Assembly: GCA_051439345.1 (NCBI GenBank)
Contig: JBFRWE010000469.1
Span: 1 to 57,392 of the forward strand
Length of the DNA: 57,392 nt
Direction of reading: 5' to 3'
From: Xenococcaceae cyanobacterium
GTDB lineage: Bacteria > Cyanobacteriota > Cyanobacteriia > Cyanobacteriales > Xenococcaceae
Shown here in pieces: positions 9,082 through 17,466 of this stretch. The translations under genes and the position numbers were made by a program. The stretch's first letter is position 1, and each line of letters opens with the position of its first letter. The notes beneath the pieces were generated by a model. It had not been told where the DNA came from, searched no databases, and saw nothing but the letters and a program-made list of their open reading frames with translations.

Positions 9082-9465
9082 TTAATCTTTCCCTATACCA
9101 AGAGTATCTTTTAGCCATTCCCAAGCATGGGCGATATCTCTAGTAGAAACTTTAAACAAATAAAGAATCCCAGTCACAATTAAGATTAAACCGAGAAGAA
9201 AGTTACTATCGTATAATCCTAAACCGATAAGAACGATAAAATAAGGGGAAATAATTCGGCTAATCTTTTCTACATTACCAACTAGTTCCGATTTTTCTGA
9301 CTCAGACTGTAAAACAGTATCCTGACTATCACCTTGATATACTTCTCCAGGTCGATCTGACTGTAGATTTACATTAGGAAAATTAAACTGTTCTTGATTT
9401 CCTGATTCTCCAGGAAAATTAAACTGTTCTTCATTTTCTGATTCTCTGGGGTTTCTGCCAAACAT
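9082..9465 (-). CDS. Hypothetical membrane protein with N-terminal EQFNFP repeat
   Basis: 127 aa. Duplicated EEQFNFPGESGNQEQFNFP and a hydrophobic C-terminal half. Confidence 0.55.
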   Translation of the reverse strand: MFGRNPRESENEEQFNFPGESGNQEQFNFPNVNLQSDRPGEVYQGDSQDTVLQSESEKSELVGNVEKISRIISPYFIVLIGLGLYDSNFLLGLILIVTGILYLFKVSTRDIAHAWEWLKDTLGIGKD

Positions 9466-9527
9466 TGTTTACTCTCAACTAATAACTAACTTAATTACAA
9501 TATTGATATTCAACTTTATTTATTTTT

Positions 9528-11036
9528 CTATGGTAGCCAGAAGTTAGGCAAGAAAAATTCTAACCCATCTCGCATATTTTGATTAAACTTGCGAGCTATC
9601 TGAATATGAGGCTCATCTGCTTCTACTGGAATAATATTAGCTTGTTTGCCCATACCCAATTGTTGAACTACTAAATTCGCTGCTTCTAGACCAGTAACAT
9701 AAGCTTTTTCTTGTGACCAAGAACCATGGTTGGTAATAATCCAATCTCCACTCATATAAAGATGAGGAATACTTGTCTTACCTCGCAAAAGATGCTGATA
9801 GCTACCAGGTGCAAAATGAGTTACTCCTTGACGGACACGAATTACACTACTGTCTACTATTTTGGCATTACGAAAGCCAGAAACACAAATCCCTAGATCT
9901 TGATGAACTTTATTAATAATTTGTTCATCACTTTGGGGTAACAATTGGTTAGCGTGATAAAAGTCTGCTTCAATTACGCTTCCTGGTTCATCTTTGTATT
10001 CATCGTGTAAAGTGTTGAGGTCAAAAAATGTCCAACCAGTAGTAGCGTCAAAGCCAAAACAGGCATTAGAAGGAAGAGGAATATCTATAAGTCGATCGAA
10101 CCACAATCTAGTTGCTAAAACATCAATTCCTCCTAAGTTACTTAAATTTTGGAATTTAGCATACTTGCTCAAAGTCTGACTACTATTAACAATTTTTTTA
10201 ATGCCACTGACACTCACACCCAAAATAACGGCATCTGCTGTAAATATCTCTTCATCACAGACAACTCCTGTGGCTTTACCTTCACTGTCTAAAACTAGAT
10301 CAGTTACTCTTTTGTTGGTTAATACTTTGCCTCCAGCTTGTTCAATTTGTTCTATCCAAGGCTGAAAAATCTTTGCTCCTACTGTTCCCCTACACCAAAC
10401 TACATCAAAATCAGGTTGATGAGCCAAAATAAAGTAGTAAAGCATTCCTAAAGCAGCAGCAGCAGAACATTGTTCTCCTGGTGCAAATAAACCTACTAGC
10501 AACATCGGTTCAAAAGCTTCTTCATACAATCTAGCAGAAACACCATACTGTTTGAATAGTTCTCTGGCAGTAACTTTATCGTACTTTTGCCATGCTTCAT
10601 GAGAATTATCAAAGTCGATCAATGCGTAGAGGAGGGGAAGTGCAGAAAGGCGATCGATCAATGGTAAACGCTGAAAGCGAGTATAAATAAAAGTGCCTAA
10701 AGGAGTAGGTAATCTCGGTTCATCCTGAAAAATAGGAGATTCTACTTCTAAACCAAAAGGAGAATATTGAGAGGAACGAGTAAAAGGAGTAAAAGGAGCG
10801 AGTTTTAGCTGTTTAACTAAACTAAATATATTCCGATAAGGATACCAAAAACCATGAATTCCCCCTTCTACAGAACGTCCCTGGGCTGTTTTCCATCCAG
10901 CTACTAAACCCCCTGGATAAGCACTGGCTTCTAGCAGAGTAACATCATAACCTTGTTTGGCTAAATGATAAGTTGCGCCTAATCCTGCCCAACCAGCACC
11001 TACAACCACTACTTTGTGCTTATTTTCTGTTGACAT
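9528..11036 (-). CDS. FAD-dependent oxidoreductase (amine oxidase / desaturase-like family)
   Basis: KVVVVGAGWAGLGATYHLAKQGYDVTLLEASAYPGG dinucleotide-binding fold. 502 aa. Confidence 0.85.
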   Translation of the reverse strand: MSTENKHKVVVVGAGWAGLGATYHLAKQGYDVTLLEASAYPGGLVAGWKTAQGRSVEGGIHGFWYPYRNIFSLVKQLKLAPFTPFTRSSQYSPFGLEVESPIFQDEPRLPTPLGTFIYTRFQRLPLIDRLSALPLLYALIDFDNSHEAWQKYDKVTARELFKQYGVSARLYEEAFEPMLLVGLFAPGEQCSAAAALGMLYYFILAHQPDFDVVWCRGTVGAKIFQPWIEQIEQAGGKVLTNKRVTDLVLDSEGKATGVVCDEEIFTADAVILGVSVSGIKKIVNSSQTLSKYAKFQNLSNLGGIDVLATRLWFDRLIDIPLPSNACFGFDATTGWTFFDLNTLHDEYKDEPGSVIEADFYHANQLLPQSDEQIINKVHQDLGICVSGFRNAKIVDSSVIRVRQGVTHFAPGSYQHLLRGKTSIPHLYMSGDWIITNHGSWSQEKAYVTGLEAANLVVQQLGMGKQANIIPVEADEPHIQIARKFNQNMRDGLEFFLPNFWLP

Positions 11037-11175
11037 TTAGTATTTTCTCCGCCAATTTTATCGATCATCGATTATCTATTATTGGGTTTAACACTACCAT
11101 CAACCATCAACAATTAAATATCAACACAAACTATATCTATGAAAAACACTCTAATGCTTTAATTAGTAAATAAAA

Positions 11176-12648
11176 TTAGACAACTTGGCCATTGCTGCTA
11201 CTTTTTTGCGCAATTTTTATCGCTTTACGCCTAGTTTCAATCACTGCACCAATTTCTTGTGCTAATCTGGGAACGCGATCGAGAATTAGTTGTACGGTTT
11301 CGGTTTTTAAGATCATTACTTCTAAGTCTTCTATGGCCGTTACTAACAAAGAACTAGATAAATTAGACTGAGTTAATAATGCCATCTCCCCGAAAAATTC
11401 ACCGCGAGAGAGGGTCACAATTTCTATTTCTCGACCAGAATTATTGGGCACGGAAATTCTGGCTTGACCAGCAATAATTAGATAAAGACCACAATGTTTT
11501 ATCCCTCGGTTTATCACGGGTTCTCCTGCCCCGAAATGCTTAAAAACTGCATCTTCAGCCAGTTTTTCTAAGGTTTCTTGGTCTATACTGACAAAACTGG
11601 GAAAACTACGCAGATAATCTACAAATCTAGCTAATAGCTCGTCTGGTTTGAATTTAATCGGATGTTGATGATAAAGAGTACGAATAGGAAAAGGAATATT
11701 TAAATCATATCTGTTGGCAGCGTACCAGATACGAGTGATAAACTCATCTCTAATTTGCGGTACTTTATCATAATCAGTTAAAAAGAGTCTGACTCGATAA
11801 TTAATGGCAGAATCACCATACTCGATGGTTTGAATTACTGGTTCTGGTTTGTCTAAGACTCCTTTAGTGGCTAAAGCTGTTTCTTTGAGTACTTGTTTGA
11901 CTTTATTAGGTGGATCGTTATAAGAAAAGCCAATATCTACAGGTTCAACGTGTAACTTTTGGGGAAGATGGTAGTTCCGTAATACTTCTTTTGCCAAAAT
12001 AGCATTAGGAATTACTAGTAATTCTAGTTCTCTGGTGAGTAGATGTACCGATCGCCAGTTGATTTCGACTACTTTCCCTTTGAGTCCATTAAATTCTAAC
12101 CAATCTCCTATATTAAAAGGACGCTCGAATAGTAAAGCAATACCAGAAAATAAATTACCTAAAGTATCTTGGAGAGCCAAACCCAGGACGATCGAACCAA
12201 CACCAAAAGCAGCAATGAGTCCCCCTAAATCTGCTTTCCAGACTACCGAGAGGACTAAAGCTGTTCCCATGGCGATCAGGAAAAAACGAATTAGATCGCG
12301 GAATAGTTTAGGTATTTTGGATTGCCAAGTACCTACTTTGACTTCTCCAAATAGTAAAGCATTAGCCAAAGAAAGTACCGCATGAATAGCGCAAACACCA
12401 ATTAAGGTTTCTACTACCTGAATAATTGGGCGATCGCCTGGTAAACCCAATACTTTGTTGAGTAAAATAAATAATGCCCAACTGGGCAAAACTAAGTTAC
12501 GGAAGATCTCTAAGGTTGCTGCTATGGAGTGGTTACGCTTTCGCAACCGTAACAGAATTTCTCCTAAAACTAATATTAATAGGGGAAAGACAACAATCAG
12601 GATTAATCCCCAAATAAAATATCCTTCTTGCCAAAAAGATTGTTCCAT
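11176..12648 (-). CDS. MscS-family mechanosensitive channel fused to a C-terminal cyclic-nucleotide-binding-like domain (bCNG-type architecture)
   Basis: TM helices, then the MscS core (GNLFSGIALLFERPFNIGDWL), then a cNMP-type beta-roll (RGEFFGEMALL). I place the start at ATG 12648-12646, which overlaps the upstream stop as TAATG. The ORF-track start at 12687 is a TTG. Confidence 0.85.
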   Translation of the reverse strand: MEQSFWQEGYFIWGLILIVVFPLLILVLGEILLRLRKRNHSIAATLEIFRNLVLPSWALFILLNKVLGLPGDRPIIQVVETLIGVCAIHAVLSLANALLFGEVKVGTWQSKIPKLFRDLIRFFLIAMGTALVLSVVWKADLGGLIAAFGVGSIVLGLALQDTLGNLFSGIALLFERPFNIGDWLEFNGLKGKVVEINWRSVHLLTRELELLVIPNAILAKEVLRNYHLPQKLHVEPVDIGFSYNDPPNKVKQVLKETALATKGVLDKPEPVIQTIEYGDSAINYRVRLFLTDYDKVPQIRDEFITRIWYAANRYDLNIPFPIRTLYHQHPIKFKPDELLARFVDYLRSFPSFVSIDQETLEKLAEDAVFKHFGAGEPVINRGIKHCGLYLIIAGQARISVPNNSGREIEIVTLSRGEFFGEMALLTQSNLSSSLLVTAIEDLEVMILKTETVQLILDRVPRLAQEIGAVIETRRKAIKIAQKSSSNGQVV

Positions 12649-14777
12649 TAATAATGAACCGCTTTGTTTTCTAACAAAATAGACCAAGCTACTAAGTTTT
12701 CCATGCCAGGAATTTCTATATCTGGAACTCGCTCAAAATCATAGACATCACTTAGACTAGAGTGAACTCGATCGCTGATTTGAATAGAATCGCTCCTACC
12801 TTTAACTTGTAGATGGTGAGCGATATTAACCGTATCCCCCCAAAGATCGTAAATAAGTTTACTCCGTCCAATAATTCCTGCGACTACTTCCCCAGAATTA
12901 ATACCAATCCTTATTTTTAAATCGGTACGACGTTCGCGGTTAAAGCGACGCAAAATACGAATCATCTCCAGAGCAAAATCAAAGACTCTTTGGGTATGAT
13001 CGATCCGAGGTATAGATAAACCACTTACTGCCATGTAACCGCTACCAATAGTTTTCACTTTTTCTACTCCATAGCGTTCGGCTGCTTCATCAAAAGCTAT
13101 CACTAAATCGTTGAGAAAATTAACTATTTCATTAGCAGGTAAACTATTTGATAGTTCGATAAAACCAGCTAAATCGGCAAAAAGCACAGTAACATTAGAA
13201 AAGTTATCCGCAATACTTTCTTCTCCATCTTTCAGTCTCTGAGCTACTGGTTCTGGCAAAATACTTAAGAGTAACTTTTCGTTTTCTTGTTCTCTTTCTT
13301 TGACTAAATGTTGGTGATGATTGAGACTACGTACCATCTCATTAAAAGAGTTACTCAGTTCGCGAAATTCATCTTTAGCTTTTAATTTAACCACAACATC
13401 AGTTTGCCCTTTACCCACTTTGCGAAAACCATCCATAAGAATGTGAATAGGACGAACAAAATAATGGGAAAAAATAGCAGCGATCGCTGTAACTATTAAA
13501 ACAATAATTACTGTAGAAAAAAGTACTTGCTGTTTAAAAGCTTCGATAGGGGCAAAAGCCTCATCGCGATCGATTTGAGCAATGATCGCCCAGTCTAAAC
13601 CCCAAATGTCTAAGGGTCGATAAGAACTTAAGGTGACTACTTGACGATAGTCTTTCACAATATCCCTTCCTGTCTGTCCTGCTAGAGCTTTGTGGACTGG
13701 AGTAGTATCGACTTGTTGATACAAGATGGAAGTACCGAACTTGGCGATCTGATTCAATTCTTTGTTCGATATCCCTTGAGCTTCTATCATTTTTAGGTAA
13801 GCTTCTCGATCTTCTACCAGAAACCGAGAGTTACTCCGCATGGCATAATCAGAACCAACTAGATAAGTTTCTCCTGACTTACCTAAACCATCTCGTTCCC
13901 AATTCCCATCTCCTGTCATAACCCGATTAATCTGGTCAATGGAGATTTGAAACGCCAGGACTCCGATTAATTCTGCACCATCAAAAATGGGACTAGCAAT
14001 AAAAGCAGCAGGGGCAGCATAAGAAGGACGATAGATTTCAAAATCGGTAATAGCTACAATCCCCGGATCGTGTCCTTCACTAACTTCTTGTACCACCTCA
14101 GCCAAATTACTTCTAGAATAGGCTCCCTGATAGATATTTGTAGCGAAATCGACTTCTTTTTCTACCGTGTAAACAACATCTCCTGTCTCAGCATCAATGA
14201 GTAACAAGTCATAGTAGCCGAATTGATTAATAAATTTGCGATAAATAGATTGAATTTGTTGATGGATATCACTATATCTACTCCCATCTAGAGCATTGTT
14301 GAGAAGAGATTTTTTTCCTGTAGGATTAGGATTATTAGCAATATAGTTGTATTGTAGATATCGCGAAGCCATACCATCGGGCATATAAGAAAATAGCAAG
14401 GGTTTTCCTTGGACATTTTCTGCTAGTTTGGGTAAAAAATCTTGATTGTAATATTGCTTCAGTTTTGTATTCCATTGAGGTGGAAGAGATTGTTCTTCTA
14501 GTTCTTTATATGACTGCTTCAAACCCTTCATGGCATTAACCACAATAGGATATTCGCTCATAGTTTCTAACTGAGCGCGAATATTTTGAAAATATGTCTC
14601 AATTTGATAGGCTTTGGATTCTTTTAAACTATTTAATTGATTAAAAATGCTATTTTCTAGTACTTGTTGACCACTGCTATACCCAATGTAGGCGATGGCT
14701 AAAATAGAGCTAATACATACCACTAGTAGTATTAGCATTAACTTTGACTGAATACTTAATTTTCTGAGCAGATACAA
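12648..14777 (-). CDS. Membrane sensor with periplasmic Cache-like domain, HAMP and a class III adenylate/guanylate cyclase homology domain
   Basis: N-terminal TM, an extracytoplasmic domain of about 380 aa, a second TM, a HAMP-like linker, then VTVLFADLAGF...KTIGSGYMAV...IGINSGEVVAGIIG...WGDTVNIAHH. Start is TTG 14777 or ATG 14738. Confidence 0.88.
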   Translation of the reverse strand: MYLLRKLSIQSKLMLILLVVCISSILAIAYIGYSSGQQVLENSIFNQLNSLKESKAYQIETYFQNIRAQLETMSEYPIVVNAMKGLKQSYKELEEQSLPPQWNTKLKQYYNQDFLPKLAENVQGKPLLFSYMPDGMASRYLQYNYIANNPNPTGKKSLLNNALDGSRYSDIHQQIQSIYRKFINQFGYYDLLLIDAETGDVVYTVEKEVDFATNIYQGAYSRSNLAEVVQEVSEGHDPGIVAITDFEIYRPSYAAPAAFIASPIFDGAELIGVLAFQISIDQINRVMTGDGNWERDGLGKSGETYLVGSDYAMRSNSRFLVEDREAYLKMIEAQGISNKELNQIAKFGTSILYQQVDTTPVHKALAGQTGRDIVKDYRQVVTLSSYRPLDIWGLDWAIIAQIDRDEAFAPIEAFKQQVLFSTVIIVLIVTAIAAIFSHYFVRPIHILMDGFRKVGKGQTDVVVKLKAKDEFRELSNSFNEMVRSLNHHQHLVKEREQENEKLLLSILPEPVAQRLKDGEESIADNFSNVTVLFADLAGFIELSNSLPANEIVNFLNDLVIAFDEAAERYGVEKVKTIGSGYMAVSGLSIPRIDHTQRVFDFALEMIRILRRFNRERRTDLKIRIGINSGEVVAGIIGRSKLIYDLWGDTVNIAHHLQVKGRSDSIQISDRVHSSLSDVYDFERVPDIEIPGMENLVAWSILLENKAVHY

Positions 14778-15050
14778 ATAGATTAAGTCCTTTTTTTAAC
14801 TATTATTTTTGAGCTTAGAGATCACTATAAAAAAAATAGATAATATTATCTAATTATTCACTAATACTTTAGATAGTTTAGTTTGGCAGAAAACACTTTT
14901 GACAAAATCACAATAATTGTCGCAGTTGGGAAGCCCATCGCCTTTAGGTATGGGAGGAACAACGAGGCAGCACCGCCGACCAAGCTGGAATTTAATTCCA
15001 GCTTGCACGCGTGCGGTGGCATTCCGCCACTTTTAAGTGCTGTCACAAGG

Positions 15051-15059
15051 TGATATAAT
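15051..15059 (+). promoter_or_regulatory. Candidate extended -10 promoter (TGaTATAAT) for tnpB
   Basis: TGATATAAT ends 7 nt before ATG 15067, which would give a leaderless or near-leaderless mRNA. No experimental support. Confidence 0.3.
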
Positions 15060-15066
15060 CAGGCTT

Positions 15067-16263
15067 ATGAAACAAGTCCTGACTATAGTTTGCAAACTCA
15101 ACCCTTCTCAAAAAGCAGTCAAAATGATAGATACTACTCTTGAGATGTTCGCTGCTGCTTGTAACTATGCTAATCAGGAAGTTAAGCCATCTATAACCAG
15201 CAAAACTACAATTCAATCTTTGGTCTATCAGACCATTAGAGAGAAATACAGTTTGTCTGCTAATTTGGCAGTTAGGGCTTGCGCGAGGGTTGGTGCTAAC
15301 CGCCAAACTGCGAAACAAAAAAACAAGCCAGTGAAAGCATTCAAGCCAACATCGGCGGATTATGATGCTCGGATATTTGCTTTCCGTGAGCAAGACTGGT
15401 CTGTTAGTCTGACTTTGGTTGGCGGTAGAGAGCATATTCCAATTGTTGCTAGCAACTACCAAGTTGGAAAGCTTAAAGGGACTAAACCAACATCGGCACA
15501 GCTTTGTAAGCACAAAGATGGTAGCTACTATATTCATATTCAAGTTAAGGATGAGTCCCCAAAACCAATTAACTCCGATAACGTGATTGGAGTTGATTTT
15601 GGTCGCACTGATATAGCGGTTACTTCTGACCACAAAAAATGGTCTGGTCATGAAATACGTGATGTTAGAGACAAATACTCTAAACTTCGCAGCGTACTCC
15701 AAAAGAAAGCCTCGAAAGGCACACGCAGTAGCAGGCGCAGATGTCGGCAACTGCTGAAACGGCTGTCGGGTAAAGAGAAAAGATTTCAACGCCATACCAA
15801 TCATGTCATCAGCCAAACCATAATTCTTGATGCCAAACAATCTAATAGTCTTGTAGCTATTGAAGATTTGACTGGTATTAGAAATCGAACTAACCAACAA
15901 CCTAGAAGTAAAACCGAAAGAAGACGCTCTAACTCTTGGGCTTTCTATCAGCTTCGTACTTTTCTTGAGTACAAAGGATTGATTAATGGAGTTGAGGTAA
16001 TTCCAGTTTCGCCACGTTATAGCTCGCAAACCTGTCATGCCTGTATGCACTTGGGGTTGAGAAGCGGAAAAAGATTTAAATGTACTAATAGCGGTTGCGG
16101 TTGGCATGGTGATGCTGATGAAAATGCAAGTTATAACTTGTCGATTATTGGAGGGGTTGTAAGCCTCCTTCGAGGTTCGGATTCTTTGTCTTGTGCATTG
16201 AATTCAGGGCTACTGAAATACCATCGCAGCGTGGCGAAAGCCAACGAGCGAAGCGTCCTTTAG
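15067..16263 (+). CDS. tnpB: TnpB (IS200/IS605 OrfB) RNA-guided endonuclease family protein
   Basis: RuvC-I GVDFGRTDIAV, RuvC-II VAIEDLTGI, zinc finger CHAC...CTNSGC, RuvC-III HGDADENASYN. I place the start at ATG 15067 (MKQVLTIVCKLNPSQ). Confidence 0.9.
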   Translation: MKQVLTIVCKLNPSQKAVKMIDTTLEMFAAACNYANQEVKPSITSKTTIQSLVYQTIREKYSLSANLAVRACARVGANRQTAKQKNKPVKAFKPTSADYDARIFAFREQDWSVSLTLVGGREHIPIVASNYQVGKLKGTKPTSAQLCKHKDGSYYIHIQVKDESPKPINSDNVIGVDFGRTDIAVTSDHKKWSGHEIRDVRDKYSKLRSVLQKKASKGTRSSRRRCRQLLKRLSGKEKRFQRHTNHVISQTIILDAKQSNSLVAIEDLTGIRNRTNQQPRSKTERRRSNSWAFYQLRTFLEYKGLINGVEVIPVSPRYSSQTCHACMHLGLRSGKRFKCTNSGCGWHGDADENASYNLSIIGGVVSLLRGSDSLSCALNSGLLKYHRSVAKANERSVL

Positions 16264-16280
16264 GCGTTGGTAAGCTTACT
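16095..16280 (+). ncRNA. Predicted omega-RNA (reRNA) scaffold region of the TnpB element; extent approximate
   Basis: Placed by analogy: TnpB omega-RNAs derive from the tnpB 3' end plus the right end. The right-end hairpin is at 16241-16270. Not verified. Confidence 0.35.
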
Positions 16281-16898
16281 ATACAATCTTTAAGCGAAGA
16301 AAGTTTTATTTATGGCTTACAAGTACTGGCTAATCGCGACGACGATTTAGCCAATATCGTTCAAACTTTAGGAAATCCTCCCAGATGGCAACGAGAAGCA
16401 GGTTTTCCTACCCTAATTCAACTAATTTTAGAACAACAAGTATCTCTTGCTGCTGCAAAGGCTGTATTTGAGCGTTTATGTAGAGTAGTTAATCCTCTTA
16501 CCCCAGAAAATTTTCTTGCTTCAGAAGATACTCAACTCAAAGCGATCGGTTTTAGTCGACAAAAAACCAGATATGGTAGAGCCTTAGCTGATGCTATCAA
16601 GAGTGGTGAACTAGACTTACACCAATTAAGTCAATTAGACGATGCCAAGATTAAAACTAAGTTAAAACAAATTAAAGGTATTGGTGACTGGACAGCAGAT
16701 AACTATATGCTTATGGCATTGCAGCGTCAAAATGTCTTTCCGAAAGGAGATTTAGCTTTAGCGATCGCTGTACAAAAAGTGAAGAAATTACCAACTCGCC
16801 CTAAACCCAAAGAATTAGAAGCGATTGCCGAAAATTGGCAACCTTGGAGAGCGATCGCTGCTAGAATACTTTGGCATTATTATCTTAACAGCAAGTAA
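16191..16898 (+). CDS. DNA-3-methyladenine glycosylase II-like (AlkA/HhH-GPD family); 5' end uncertain
   Basis: HhH motif IKGIGDWTADNYMLMAL and a conserved Asp region. The ORF has no in-frame ATG near its start. The track start is TTG 16191, inside tnpB and the right end. Confidence 0.75.
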   Translation: MCIEFRATEIPSQRGESQRAKRPLGVGKLTIQSLSEESFIYGLQVLANRDDDLANIVQTLGNPPRWQREAGFPTLIQLILEQQVSLAAAKAVFERLCRVVNPLTPENFLASEDTQLKAIGFSRQKTRYGRALADAIKSGELDLHQLSQLDDAKIKTKLKQIKGIGDWTADNYMLMALQRQNVFPKGDLALAIAVQKVKKLPTRPKPKELEAIAENWQPWRAIAARILWHYYLNSK

Positions 16899-16929
16899 AA
16901 AAGGCTATTTTATACTCGTTAAAAACTTT

Positions 16930-17415
16930 TTAATCAACTTTTAAATCCTTCTCCATAAGAAAGCACCAATCCTGATCTTCAACTATCTTAAATCCAATTC
17001 GATGATACAGAGACTGAGCAGGATTGTCTTTAAAAACTCTGAGTTGAATTTTAGCTTTTGCTTTTTTTCTACCAATATCTTGAACAAATCTCATTAATGC
17101 TGTACCTATTCCCTGCCCTCGATACTTTTGAATTAATTGTAATGTCTCAAGGTATAAACAATTAGGTTGCTCTCGCAATGAAAGAAAACCTACGCGATCG
17201 TTGTCACTAAATAACATAAGATACCGTTCAGGAAATTTTGGCTCTTCCTGATATCGATCTTCATTCCAACCAATAGTTTTGCTCAAAGAATTATAAAAAT
17301 TTTCTCTAGTTAATTCTCGAATAAATTGCCCATCGCGTTCTCGATCGCAAGATTTTATCGAAATTAACCAATCTTGCTCACTTGTTGAGATTTTTAGAGT
17401 TTCGTTTTTATTCAT
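16930..17415 (-). CDS. GNAT family N-acetyltransferase
   Basis: Acetyl-CoA-binding motif QKYRGQGIGTALM. Confidence 0.85.
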   Translation of the reverse strand: MNKNETLKISTSEQDWLISIKSCDRERDGQFIRELTRENFYNSLSKTIGWNEDRYQEEPKFPERYLMLFSDNDRVGFLSLREQPNCLYLETLQLIQKYRGQGIGTALMRFVQDIGRKKAKAKIQLRVFKDNPAQSLYHRIGFKIVEDQDWCFLMEKDLKVD

Positions 17416-17466
17416 TAAGCTAAAGCAGTTTATCTTGGTTATAATAAAAACTTTTCAAAAAACTCA

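Larger units (their letters stand above)
14925..16280 (+). mobile_element. TnpB-only (non-autonomous) IS200/IS605-family element; ends approximate
   Basis: Left-end hairpin cccat(14934-14938)/atggg(14950-14954) and right-end hairpin ccaacg(16241-16246)/cgttgg(16265-16270) both carry CCTTTAGG in the loop. An 11-bp perfect hairpin lies at 14981-15005. No tnpA (Y1 transposase) ORF is nearby. Confidence 0.75.

Noticed and set aside
12035-12682. Plus-strand ORFs (116 aa and 75 aa) inside the MscS-cNMP gene
   Set aside because: They are antisense shadow ORFs within a CDS that has a clear family assignment.
14861-15046. 61-aa ORF on the minus strand upstream of tnpB
   Set aside because: It coincides with the hairpin-rich left end of the IS element, and the ORF is a consequence of that sequence. 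No SD is present.
15043-16107. 354-aa ORF on the minus strand, antisense to tnpB
   Set aside because: It lies entirely within the well-supported tnpB CDS on the other strand. It has no recognisable motifs and its composition is odd (Ser/Asn/Phe-rich). I treat it as a shadow ORF.
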